Assembly: GCF_004353825.1 (NCBI RefSeq) | Contig: NZ_SMNA01000004.1 | Location: 434,001 to 498,000 of the forward strand | Reading direction: 5' to 3' | Length of the DNA stretch: 64,000 nt | Source of the DNA: Occultella glacieicola | GTDB taxonomy: Bacteria; Actinomycetota; Actinomycetes; Actinomycetales; Beutenbergiaceae | Shown: one piece after another, positions 1-8,395 of the stretch | How positions within the stretch are numbered: the stretch's first letter is position 1 | How the letters are laid out: every line of letters begins with the position of its first letter | The notes under the pieces: generated by a model | Told to the model about the DNA's origin: nothing | Databases searched by the model: none | The model's input: only the letters and a program-made list of their open reading frames with translations | Made by a program: the position numbers and the translations under genes

Positions 1-430
1 CCGGCTCGTGGCACGAGCCGCACTCGACCAGCACGCTCCAGACGGTCTTGGACAGTCGCGCTTCACGGCCGCAGTTGTCACACGGCACTGAGTAGAGCGA
101 GCCGACCTCAGCCTCGGCGCCCTTGAGTGCCTTGGTCCCTGCCGCTTGCAACTCCGTGCCGTCAACGAGGTTCACATAGTTCGACCCGATGTGCCGCCCG
201 AGCACGGAGATGTCAGAGAGGCGCGAGCTGCGCCCGGTGGCGATCGCCGCCACGCCCGTCATGCCGGAGCCAGCAAACGGGTCGACGACGAGGCCACCGG
301 GCGGGCAGTAGGCCTCAATGAACGGCGTAATCCCAGGGACGGGCACCTTGGTCAGATAGGCGTGCGCCATGTAGACGGGGTCGCCCCGCCCTACCACGAT
401 CTCTTCGGCCATCTGGCTGATGCTACTCAT
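1..430 (-). CDS. DNA methyltransferase (amino-MTase type), 5' part only, runs off the left edge; not in the ORF track
   Basis: Manual translation from ATG 430 gives MSSISQMAEEIVVGRGDPVYMAHAYLTKVP...VVDPFAGSGMTGVAA (SAM-binding motif I, FxGxG), then CDNC and CGSC zinc-ribbon pairs. The frame is open to position 1. Confidence 0.85.
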   Translation of the reverse strand, partial: MSSISQMAEEIVVGRGDPVYMAHAYLTKVPVPGITPFIEAYCPPGGLVVDPFAGSGMTGVAAIATGRSSRLSDISVLGRHIGSNYVNLVDGTELQAAGTKALKGAEAEVGSLYSVPCDNCGREARLSKTVWSVLVECGSCHEP

Positions 431-449
431 AGTCTGTAGACCCATCGTC
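424..449. promoter_or_regulatory. C-box operator pair for an R-M controller protein
   Basis: TACT-CAT-AGTC TGTA GACC-CAT-CGTC fits the GACT-N3-AGTC x2 layout with a TGTA spacer known from C.PvuII-type operators. It lies just upstream of the XRE gene. Confidence 0.75.
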
Positions 450-474
450 TGCGTAGTCCTAGCTTCGGTTCATC

Positions 475-714
475 ATGATGCACGAAGCCGACAAGGCGAT
501 GGATCTTGTCCACAGGGCTGCGTTCGGTGACCGTATCCGTGAGCTGCGCCACGCCGCCGGCTTGTCCCAGGAGGAGCTCGCCGAGGCTTCGGGACTCCAC
601 CGCACCTACATCTCTTCGCTCGAACGCGGCCAGCGCAACGTCGGGCTGGACAACATCCACGTACTCGCGGGTGCGCTGGGCGTCACTGCTTCCACGCTAC
701 TCGAGGACGCCTGA
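475..714 (+). CDS. XRE-family HTH protein, R-M controller (C protein)
   Basis: FGDRIRELR..GLSQEELA..GLHRTYISSLERGQRNVGLDNI matches the C-protein signature. It sits between a divergent MTase and a downstream nuclease-like gene. Confidence 0.85.
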   Translation: MMHEADKAMDLVHRAAFGDRIRELRHAAGLSQEELAEASGLHRTYISSLERGQRNVGLDNIHVLAGALGVTASTLLEDA

Positions 715-717
715 CGT

Positions 718-2178
718 ATGGCGTTCAAAGAGGAAGAGGACTTTGCGCGCTTCCTGACCATGGGCGCCTACGCGACCGCCGCAGTCAGTGACGACTTGGA
801 GCGACGCGGGCACGAGATCATCGAGCTGGAACGCTACGCCAAGGCGAACAAGATCTGGATGACTAAGGTCAAGCGTCTGCGCCTAGCCGACTTGCTGTGC
901 ATCCGCTGCGGGCGGCGCTTCGAGTCCAAGGGCAAGACAAAGCTTGAGTTCAAGTTGTCGCACTCGGGTAGGACGCCCGGCCGCGAGTGGTGGGCTGGAA
1001 TGCGCCAGGAAGACGTATTCGCGTTCGTGCGCGTACGCGTCACCGAGCATGGTCCAGATGTCGGCCAAGTCGCCTACGTGACACGGCAGGCGTTGCACGA
1101 TGCCGAGCCGTCGCTCAGGGAGGGTATGCGCAAGGCCATCGCGGACGGCGCAGAGTCGGATGTGTCGTGGCCTACCACAGTGCCGACGCAGGGTGGCGAG
1201 GTGCTCGACGTCGATGCCTCGAACAAGACCGTGGTGGTGCTCAAGGACAGCGGTCGGCGACAAACCTACAAAGGCACACACTGGGCTGCGTTCTATCCGC
1301 TGCGGGGCGTGGGCGAGCACTTCGAGGCGGGTGACGTCCTGGCAACCTGCGTTGAGCCTGCTGAAGTGACGTGCGCGGGTGACGTATGGGACTGGCGTGC
1401 CGATCTCGTAGCCAGCGACCAGGACCTGAGCTTCCCGTCGGTCAAGGCAGCGCGCTTCCTCGGGCCCGAACAGGTTGCTGACGAGCTCCGCGCGATCCAG
1501 GCCCACACAGCCAACGACTGGCGCCTGCGACTGGAGGCCGCCGCCAGTCTCGCGCCGGTGGACGAAAGGGCGACGGTCTACCTGCTCGACCGCGCAATGG
1601 ACAGCAGCGCCAAGGAAGGCGAGCAGATGGAGGCGGTCTTCACGCTCTCCGAGCTTGACACTGTGGCGGCGGTCAGAGCACTCGAAGCCATAGTGAGCGC
1701 GACCGGCAAGGTGCAGAGCGAAGTTCGCGCCGCTGCTGCATGGGGTCTCGGGCTGGGTGCGCGACCGTCGCTTGACCCGCTCCTGCCGTTGGTCTCCGAC
1801 GACGACAATGTCGTGGCACTACACGCCGCTGCGGCGATGCCGGACGTACTGCCGAGTTCGATAGTGGACGCACTGCTTGCAGCCGTTACCGACGGCTCAG
1901 TGCGTGAGGCAACATCTGCCGCTCATCTACTGGCGAGGCACGGGCACGCCCGCACGTTATTAGGCGTCCTTAACCAAATGTCCGTCGAGGTGTATCTGAT
2001 TTCGCTGCTCGCGATTGGGGACACCGACCCCGCGGAGGTGAACCGCATGCTGCACTTGGTGGACTCGACGACAGGGGCCACGCTTCGTGCTCTGTCAGCA
2101 CGACACCGTGACTGGATGCGGCAACCCGACACAGACGGTGGGCTCGATGTTCTGACGCGGCAGCGCGTGCGCCTCTAG
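718..2178 (+). CDS. Putative restriction endonuclease: N-terminal PD-(D/E)xK-like domain plus C-terminal HEAT-like helical repeats
   Basis: ADLLCIRC...FESKGK gives a D...ExK spacing with a CxxC. The C-terminal half has HEAT-like units (WRLRLEAAASL, EVRAAAAWGLG, VALHAAAAM). It starts 3 bp after the C gene. Confidence 0.6.
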   Translation: MAFKEEEDFARFLTMGAYATAAVSDDLERRGHEIIELERYAKANKIWMTKVKRLRLADLLCIRCGRRFESKGKTKLEFKLSHSGRTPGREWWAGMRQEDVFAFVRVRVTEHGPDVGQVAYVTRQALHDAEPSLREGMRKAIADGAESDVSWPTTVPTQGGEVLDVDASNKTVVVLKDSGRRQTYKGTHWAAFYPLRGVGEHFEAGDVLATCVEPAEVTCAGDVWDWRADLVASDQDLSFPSVKAARFLGPEQVADELRAIQAHTANDWRLRLEAAASLAPVDERATVYLLDRAMDSSAKEGEQMEAVFTLSELDTVAAVRALEAIVSATGKVQSEVRAAAAWGLGLGARPSLDPLLPLVSDDDNVVALHAAAAMPDVLPSSIVDALLAAVTDGSVREATSAAHLLARHGHARTLLGVLNQMSVEVYLISLLAIGDTDPAEVNRMLHLVDSTTGATLRALSARHRDWMRQPDTDGGLDVLTRQRVRL

Positions 2179-2182
2179 CAGA

Positions 2183-3382
2183 TTGGACCTGGCTCGTTTG
2201 AGCAAGCTCTCCGTTGCACACAAGACCTTCTCGGAGACTCTACTCGGCATGGGCAGCGGCTACGTCCTGAACTTTACGAAGACGTCATTCGCGCAGTTCT
2301 TCGATCCCCTCGGCGTCGACATCTATGACGCGCCGTACGGCGAGTACGGCACCTCCAAAGCGAAGAGGCCGCAAACGCTCTGGCAGATCGCCTCGGACGT
2401 AGAGGTATCGGCGACGGTTGTCGCTCTCGCCGGCTACATCGAGGCTCGGCATGCAGCGAGTGTTTCCGTAGCCGGTCAAAGCGCCACGCACGATCGGAAC
2501 ACCAAGATCCGCGAGCTGGCAAGAAAGCTTGCACGTCGTAGTCCGCCAGTACCTGGCGCAGGTACGCCAGTGCCCATCACGACTGCAGCCTTGGTCACCG
2601 CCAATCGGATCCCGATCGAGATCCATGTGGACATCTACAGCCACGTCGAGCAGTTCCTCGGAGCGGAAGACTACTTCCGCGCCGTCGATGAGTCATACAA
2701 GATCGTACTTGAGAAGCTCCGTGAGCTGACCGGCAACGAGAAGGCAACTGATGTCTTCAATCAGGCCGCAACGGGTAAGCTGCTCTACATGCTGCTTTTT
2801 GGCAAGGCCGAGGCATCTGATGACGCCGAGGCGGACTTCTCCCGAGGCGTCGGCTGCCCGCACCTCGGAGTTCAGGTCCTCCGCAATAAGGAGGCGCACA
2901 CGCTCGTGACGCCTCTTGAACCGAATCTCGCCATCCACTACATCGCGCTCGCGAGGCTGGCTTACGACCTCATTGCGAGGTACTTCAGCGAGGAGACGGT
3001 TCAGGAGCACGAAGAGCTGCTCCCGGCCACGCGCGGTTGCTGTGGCGGCATTGGGTTCTACGACGTCTTTGTCTGTGGCGAGTGGATGGAGGAACTGGAT
3101 TTGCCAGCCAGTCTCCAGTCTGCATCCGTCGGCAGGATGCTCAAGGACAAGTGGCTAGCGGAGGCTGACTACACGCGCAGCTACGACCACAGCGACCTCG
3201 TGCTTTTGCAACTTGAGTTGGTGGTCGACGGCCTCACGTCAAAAAATGTCGACGAGCTACTCGAGTTCCCTACAGCAGGCGTCTTCGGCAACAGCCAGAT
3301 GGCCGGCCTTCTGCCGTTCCTCGAGGAGGCCAAGCTGTCGCCGAAGGCCAAGGCGCGATTCGCTGAGCCGACAAGTGGCTAG
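2183..3382 (+). CDS. TIGR02391/Ymh-like HEPN protein with an AbiJ-type N-terminal domain
   Basis: N-terminus GSGYVLNFTKTSFAQFF..GTSKAKR; central YFRAVDESYKIV..KLRELTG; HEPN Rx4H motif RNKEAH. Start codon uncertain (TTG). Confidence 0.65.
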   Translation: MDLARLSKLSVAHKTFSETLLGMGSGYVLNFTKTSFAQFFDPLGVDIYDAPYGEYGTSKAKRPQTLWQIASDVEVSATVVALAGYIEARHAASVSVAGQSATHDRNTKIRELARKLARRSPPVPGAGTPVPITTAALVTANRIPIEIHVDIYSHVEQFLGAEDYFRAVDESYKIVLEKLRELTGNEKATDVFNQAATGKLLYMLLFGKAEASDDAEADFSRGVGCPHLGVQVLRNKEAHTLVTPLEPNLAIHYIALARLAYDLIARYFSEETVQEHEELLPATRGCCGGIGFYDVFVCGEWMEELDLPASLQSASVGRMLKDKWLAEADYTRSYDHSDLVLLQLELVVDGLTSKNVDELLEFPTAGVFGNSQMAGLLPFLEEAKLSPKAKARFAEPTSG

Positions 3383-3872
3383 TAACGGCCACCTGCTCGC
3401 GGTGCTCCTGAACCCACCGAGCGCATCGTCCGGAGCGCGGTCACGCGGGGCCGTGCGCCGCGCGGCGGGCGTGCTCGGATTCGACGGCTACGAGGTCGCA
3501 AACCTCTTCGCAGACCCGACGCCGACCGTCGTCGAACTCAACCTCCTGTCCGCCCACGAGATGTCATGGCCGGAATTGCAGCAGCGGCTAAGTGAGCAAC
3601 TTCGGGCCGCCCACGGCGTCTTGGCTGCTTGGGGCGTGGCCGGCGCATCGGGGAACTTCAGGCGTGCGCGGGGCGAGCGGGCAGCCTGGCTAATTGAGGA
3701 GGCCGAGCGCAGGGGGCACCGGCACTTCTGGACGGTGGGCGGCGAGCCCAGACACCCATCGAGGTGGCACCAGTACGTCGCCGACAAGCACGGGCGAGCC
3801 ACTGGCGGGACGTTCGAGGAGCGGCTTGTGCAGGTGCTCACTCTGCAGCCGCTCGGGAGCGTCGAAGCGTAG
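3375..3872 (+). CDS. DUF1643-family protein
   Basis: Motifs LLNPP, vaNLFA, AAWG and PRHP. The GTG start overlaps the upstream stop. Confidence 0.65.
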   Translation: MASNGHLLAVLLNPPSASSGARSRGAVRRAAGVLGFDGYEVANLFADPTPTVVELNLLSAHEMSWPELQQRLSEQLRAAHGVLAAWGVAGASGNFRRARGERAAWLIEEAERRGHRHFWTVGGEPRHPSRWHQYVADKHGRATGGTFEERLVQVLTLQPLGSVEA

Positions 3873-3910
3873 ATGGCGGCTCGTAGGGTTGGCGATTTGA
3901 GCGAGTTTGA
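3856..3910 (+). repeat. 55-bp direct repeat, copy 1 (probable target-site duplication)
   Basis: GGAGCGTCGAAGCGTAGATGGCGGCTCGTAGGGTTGGCGATTTGAGCGAGTTTGA recurs at 4276-4330 with one mismatch. Confidence 0.95.
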
Positions 3911-4275
3911 CCTGACTTGGGTCACGATGGCGGCGTTCGGGGAGCCACAGTCCGCTGACCTGCAGTTTTGCTGTCCGTACCCACATGATCTGCGCACTAA
4001 TCGGACGATCCAGGGGACGAAGATCGGCCACAGGCGTAAGCCAGCGGCGGGCCGCGCTCACGCTGCGGCCCTGGCCAGGCTGGTCAGGGCGGGCCTCGGA
4101 AGCGTGTCGAACGGCCGATCAACGGGTCCCACGACGCCATGCCGGTCATCCGTCAAGTCGACTCGCTGTCTGGTGGCGCCGTCACGAGCCCACGGCCAGC
4201 AGGTCGGGCCCGCAACCGGCGGAACTGGCCGACACGGTGCGGTCCGACGTGCGCACTAATCTGATCCAACTCGGG
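3911..4275. mobile_element. Non-autonomous IS1634/IS1549-type miniature element (365 bp)
   Basis: Imperfect terminal inverted repeats CCTGACTTGGGTCA / TGATCCAACTCGGG (11/14) abut the two 55-bp direct repeats exactly. The ends resemble the CCTGAGTT end of the IS1634 at 9748. No transposase inside. Confidence 0.75.
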
Positions 4276-4330
4276 GGAGCGTCGAAGCGTAGATGGCGGC
4301 TCGTAGGATTGGCGATTTGAGCGAGTTTGA
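4276..4330 (+). repeat. 55-bp direct repeat, copy 2
   Basis: Matches 3856-3910 at 54/55 positions. Confidence 0.95.
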
Positions 4331-4375
4331 GGGCAAGTCGCGGTGGATGGATCAGCACAAGCAGCTAGAGCACAT

Positions 4376-4427
4376 TGATCGGCCCTGCGTTTTCCGGACA
4401 GTTCCCAACTAACGGTTTAGGCGGCTG
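4376..4427 (-). mobile_element. Orphan IS3-family terminal fragment
   Basis: TGATCGGCCCTGCGTTTTCCGGACA resembles an IS3 inverted repeat and is followed by TTAGGCGGC (reverse ...Ala-Ala-stop, a typical orfB end). Cut off by the adjacent IS. Confidence 0.45.
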
Positions 4428-4461
4428 TGGGGTCTGCTGCACGGATCGGTGACAGTTGGTC

Positions 4462-5321
4462 TCAGGCGGCGAGTGCGACCTGAGTGGTCATGATGGTCTC
4501 GTATTCGATGGGTGTCAGGCGGCCGAGTCGGGCTTGGCGTCGGCGGCGGTGGTAGGTGCGTTCGATCCAGGTGACGATAGCGATCCGCAGGTCTTCGCGG
4601 GTGGCCCAGCGGCGCCGGTTCAGGACGTTCTTCTGCAACAGCGAGTAGAAGGACTCCATGGCGGCGTTCTCTCCTGCGGAGGCGACCTGGCCCATCGACC
4701 CGGCGAGGTCATGGCGGTGCAGTTCTCGCAGCACCTTCCTTGATCGGAATTGAGATCCTCGGTCGGAATGGACCACGCAGCCGGCGACGTCTGTGCGACG
4801 CGCGAGGGCGTCGGCCAGGGCTTTGACTGCGATCCGGGACTTCATCCGGTCGCTGATGGAGTAGCCCACGATCCGGTTGGAGAACACGTCCTTGATAGCG
4901 CAGAGGTAGATCTTGCCTTCAGCGGTGGCGTGCTCGGTGATGTCCCAGAGCCACAGTTCGTTGGGTCGGTCGGCGCGGAAGCACCGGTGGACCAGGTCCT
5001 CGTGCGCGGGCGGGCCGGGCTTCTTGCCGCTCTTCGCCCGCTTCTTGCCGAACACCGACCACCACTGGTTGTCCCGGCAGATCCGCCAGACCCACCGGTC
5101 ACAAGCGCGCAGGCCGGCCCTGGCGGCCTCGTCGGCCAACAGGCGATACCCGAACTCGGGGTCGTCGTGGTGGGCGTCGAACAGCGCGTTGGCCAGGCAT
5201 GCCTCCTCGATCTCGCGAGCGGTGATCCACATGGCCAGCCACCATAGTAGGGCTGTCTTGCGAGCTTGAGGACCCGGCACGTCACCGCGACGGGGATCCC
5301 GTCACCGGCGAGCTCACTCAC
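4462..5321 (-). pseudogene. IS3 orfB (DDE transposase) with an extra frameshift near 5243
   Basis: The N-terminus (ELAGDGIPVAVTCRVLKLARQPYY) and the catalytic part (WLWDITE, HSDRGSQF, ENAAMESF) are in different frames. Confidence 0.8.
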
Positions 5322-5620
5322 GAGCGGGTAGAGCCTTTTCCCGGCAGGTTCGCCTGGGACAGATAGGCCGCCGCGCGGCGCAGGACCTCGTTCTCCTGCT
5401 CGAGCAGCCGGTTACGACGCCGCAACTCGCGCAGCTCGGCCGACTCGCCTGCGCTCACTGCGGGACGGCGTCCGTCCTCGACATCGGCGGTCCGCATCCA
5501 ATTGCACAGACACGAATCGGAGATGCCGAAGTCCTTCGCGATCTGGGACAACGGAGCCTCGCCGCGGCAGGCGATCGCCACCACGTCGTCTCGGAACTCC
5601 CGAGGGTGGGGTCTGGGCAC
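5318..5620 (-). CDS. IS3 orfA (HTH), with a probable programmed -1 frameshift site near 5340
   Basis: PRPHPREFRDDVV..QIAKDFGIS..ELRRRNRLLEQENEVLRRAAAYL; GGGAAAAGG at its end; GGAAGG RBS. Confidence 0.85.
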   Translation of the reverse strand: MPRPHPREFRDDVVAIACRGEAPLSQIAKDFGISDSCLCNWMRTADVEDGRRPAVSAGESAELRELRRRNRLLEQENEVLRRAAAYLSQANLPGKGSTRS

Positions 5621-5690
5621 AGGGACATCCTTCCAGCGGGGACCAAGTCCCCACAGGTCAGTTGTCACCTATCCGTGCAGCAGACCCCGA

Positions 5691-5720
5691 CCACTTCACC
5701 ACGAACCGTGGAGAGCCTCA
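5691..5720. mobile_element. Second orphan IS3-like terminus
   Basis: CACCACGAACCGTGGAGAGCCTCA resembles an IS3-family right end finishing in CA. Confidence 0.35.
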
Positions 5721-5942
5721 GGGGTGCCATCTCGTCAACATCCTGAGCGGACGACCGTTGGAGCCGGGGAGCAAGAGTTCAGTGTCGAGACTGCCGTCCC
5801 ACAGAGGTTTGCGAGATCCTCGACCGGGGTCCACCCATGGGCACCACCGCGCATCAGCAACACATGAACTGGTTCCACCAAGGTCGGTCTGGGCGACGAA
5901 ACTGCGTCCCGGGGCACGAAGCCTGCCCTAGGCTTGCGTCGC

Positions 5943-7184
5943 ATGACAGCCGAGGAGGCCCCAGTGCTCGAACTACCCGACGAGACAATTGATGGGGAGT
6001 CGCCACCTGACGATGTACTAACACCAGCTGATCTAGACCAGATTGTCTTGTACACCGTGGACTGGAGTGTCCAGTCAATTCTTGAGCGTATCGGCGAGAG
6101 TTTTGATATCAATCCAACCTTTCAGCGCCGCGATGCCTGGACGGCCTCGAAGAAGAGCGCGTTCATCGAAAGTCTGATTCTCGGACTGCCGATCCCCCAG
6201 ATAGTTCTCGCGGAGGATAAGCGTCGGGGTCGGTTCATCGTCTTGGACGGTAAACAGAGGCTCGTCACTCTGAAGCAATTTGCATCGCCGAGTTTGCATT
6301 TTCCCGAATTCCGACTGCGAGGGATGCGATTCGCAAACGACCTTGAGGGCCTCACGTTCGGCGATATGCAGGCTTCGCTCCTAGGTGGAGAGTATGCGGA
6401 CAATTTCTTAACTCAACCCATCCGAACCGTCGTGGTAAGAAACTGGGGCCACCCGGCCGTATTGTATGAAGTCTTCATCCGTCTCAATCAGAACAGCCTT
6501 CCACTTTCCCCGCAAGAATTACGGCAGGCCCTATTTCCCAACGAGTTTACCCGATGGATAAATTCGCGTTCCGCGAAGAGCGCGCAACTTCATCGCGCGC
6601 GGCGAATCAAGGCGGAGGATTTCCGGATGCGAGACGCGGAGATGCTCCTTCGATACGTCGCATGGGTCACTCGTTTCAAAGACTACCGCGGGAATCTACG
6701 TCTGTTCCTCGATGAGACGTGCGAGTTGGGCGGAAGGAAATGGGCCGAGCGGGGTTTCGAATATTTTGAGGAACTAGCGGCGCGGTGCGAGCGGGGGATC
6801 GACCGGACTTTCGAGGTCTTTAGAGACGACGCATTCCTTCGTTTTGATGGCGGGAAATACAATCGGCGGTTCAACATAGCGGTCTTTGATCTAATGGCTG
6901 TGGTTCTCGGTGATGAGAGCCTCGCGGACGAGAAGATCCGCGACGTCCGGGTGAAGATCCGAACGGAGTTTGAGCGGCTCTGCACCGAGGATGAGACTTT
7001 TCGAACTAGCATCACCGCGACAACGAAGTCGGTCACGGCCGTTTCGGAAAGGTTCGAGACTTGGGCAAGTGCGGTCGAGGAGATCGCCGACATAGACCTC
7101 CGGATCAAGCCCGCGATGGAACTCCTCACAAGGGTCAGGGTGCCGGCCACGCCCGCGAGCAATTTATTGCCTCTGGAGGAATGA
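5943..7184 (+). CDS. DUF262 (ParB/Srx-like, GmrS-type) domain protein
   Basis: FQRRDAW, FIESLILGLPIP, VLDGKQRL and FIRLNQ..LSPQELR are DUF262 motifs. The region is visibly more AT-rich than the rest of the window. Confidence 0.9.
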   Translation: MTAEEAPVLELPDETIDGESPPDDVLTPADLDQIVLYTVDWSVQSILERIGESFDINPTFQRRDAWTASKKSAFIESLILGLPIPQIVLAEDKRRGRFIVLDGKQRLVTLKQFASPSLHFPEFRLRGMRFANDLEGLTFGDMQASLLGGEYADNFLTQPIRTVVVRNWGHPAVLYEVFIRLNQNSLPLSPQELRQALFPNEFTRWINSRSAKSAQLHRARRIKAEDFRMRDAEMLLRYVAWVTRFKDYRGNLRLFLDETCELGGRKWAERGFEYFEELAARCERGIDRTFEVFRDDAFLRFDGGKYNRRFNIAVFDLMAVVLGDESLADEKIRDVRVKIRTEFERLCTEDETFRTSITATTKSVTAVSERFETWASAVEEIADIDLRIKPAMELLTRVRVPATPASNLLPLEE

Positions 7185-7817
7185 ATGGCGTCGACGACCT
7201 GGGTATCCCTCGAAAGCAAGGTCGGAGAGCTTGCTTTTGCCTTAATTTCGGACAATGGTGACCTGGCGTCACCGGAGGACTCGATTCGAGCGGCCGCATT
7301 CTTAATCCTCGCAAGCGGAGCGATCGAACAATACGTCGAGGATCGGTGCCGGGCTGCTGCCCGTTCCGGCATCGATCGATTGAAGAAGTCCAAGCCGTCC
7401 GCAACGGGTTCATCCCTGGTGGTGTGGGCTGCAACGAAGAATAGCAATCGACAGACCCCGATTCACATCGAAGACGTCGCAGAGTATTACGATATGTACG
7501 ATGCTTTTCTCAAGTCCTACATTGCATCGGTGGACAGCAGTCATGGTATTGGGGCCAAGGATTTCCACCGACTCGTCTATCCGGTCGGAGTTCGAACCGA
7601 CGATGTTCCACCGGGACTGCCAGATCTACTCCAATCGCTAAGCAGTGACAGAGATCCTGCTGTTCACACTGCCCCGCGTGCGAAGAGTTTCCAGCATCCT
7701 CCCGACGTCAAGAAGCGTGTTTCTGATATTGTGAACCAGTTGAAGGTGCTCGACGAGGCGATAGGCCGTATGGAGGTAACATTTCCGGTGCGCGTCACGG
7801 CAGCAGGGGTGCCGTGA
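7185..7817 (+). CDS. HEPN-family protein (RiboL-PSP-HEPN/MAE_28990-like)
   Basis: Helical protein with AFLILASGAIEQYVE, SHGI and the Rx4H motif RDPAVH. It abuts the DUF262 stop. Confidence 0.65.
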   Translation: MASTTWVSLESKVGELAFALISDNGDLASPEDSIRAAAFLILASGAIEQYVEDRCRAAARSGIDRLKKSKPSATGSSLVVWAATKNSNRQTPIHIEDVAEYYDMYDAFLKSYIASVDSSHGIGAKDFHRLVYPVGVRTDDVPPGLPDLLQSLSSDRDPAVHTAPRAKSFQHPPDVKKRVSDIVNQLKVLDEAIGRMEVTFPVRVTAAGVP

Positions 7818-8166
7818 TGACAATCCTGCAAGCTTGCGGACGTAGGGTTGGCGGGGCTGCAACGTGGTGCTAGCGGACGTCGGGATTCTGCTTAATCGCG
7901 GCTGTGTTGCCGGTCGGAGTCTAGGCTGCGCACATCCTGATCGCCGACGCGGCCGGTCACGGTTCCGCCGCCCGCCATCAGGCAACTCTAAGCGTTCCGG
8001 AATTACAACAAGTCCTTTGATCTCGCGCCGAATTGAACTCAGGTCGATGAATTTATCGGGCCTGACCGCGACGATGGCATTGCCAGATTTGAGGTCGAGA
8101 CGTAGGCTGCGAACTCTGGACCGCTTGCTCATTCGTCGCCGTGCTGAGGAATTCGGCCTGTGTGAC

Positions 8167-8395
8167 TCAGGAGAACTGCACCCCGCCATTGAGATCCAGC
8201 ACCCTTCCGGTTACAAGGGCGCTGTCGTCTCGCGCGAAGTACTCGGCCGCCGCCGCGACGTCAGGCCTGCCCGACCGGTGTCGACGCGATCGTCTTCTCC
8301 TGGTCGGCCGGCGGCGTGAACGTCTCGTGGAACGGGGTTTCCAGGATCAGTCCGGGGGCGATCGCGTTGACGGTGATTCCTTGAGGGGCGACCTC
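8167..8395 (-). pseudogene. SDR pseudogene, 3' fragment
   Basis: EVAPQGITVNAIAPGLILETPFH...DLNGGVQFS is nearly the same as the intact SDR at 20945-21721, with internal lesions. Confidence 0.85.

Larger units (their letters stand above)
4428..5689 (-). mobile_element. IS3-family insertion sequence
   Basis: 26-bp inverted repeats at 4429-4454 and 5663-5688 (25/26 match) enclose orfA and orfB. Confidence 0.92.

Noticed and set aside
3856..4330. Direct repeats as a CRISPR array or attL/attR pair
   Set aside because: Only two 55-bp units, 365 bp apart, with no cas or integrase gene. Better explained as an IS1634-type target duplication.
7841..7853. CGTAGGGTTGGCG shared with 3882-3894, suggesting integron-like cassette sites
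   Set aside because: Only 13 bp, no attC-like palindrome and no integrase. It may simply be a TAGGGT -10 element or chance.
7864..8160. ORFs 7638-8189 (-) and 7864-8319 (+)
   Set aside because: No recognisable motifs and they overlap real genes. At most an AT-richer gene remnant.
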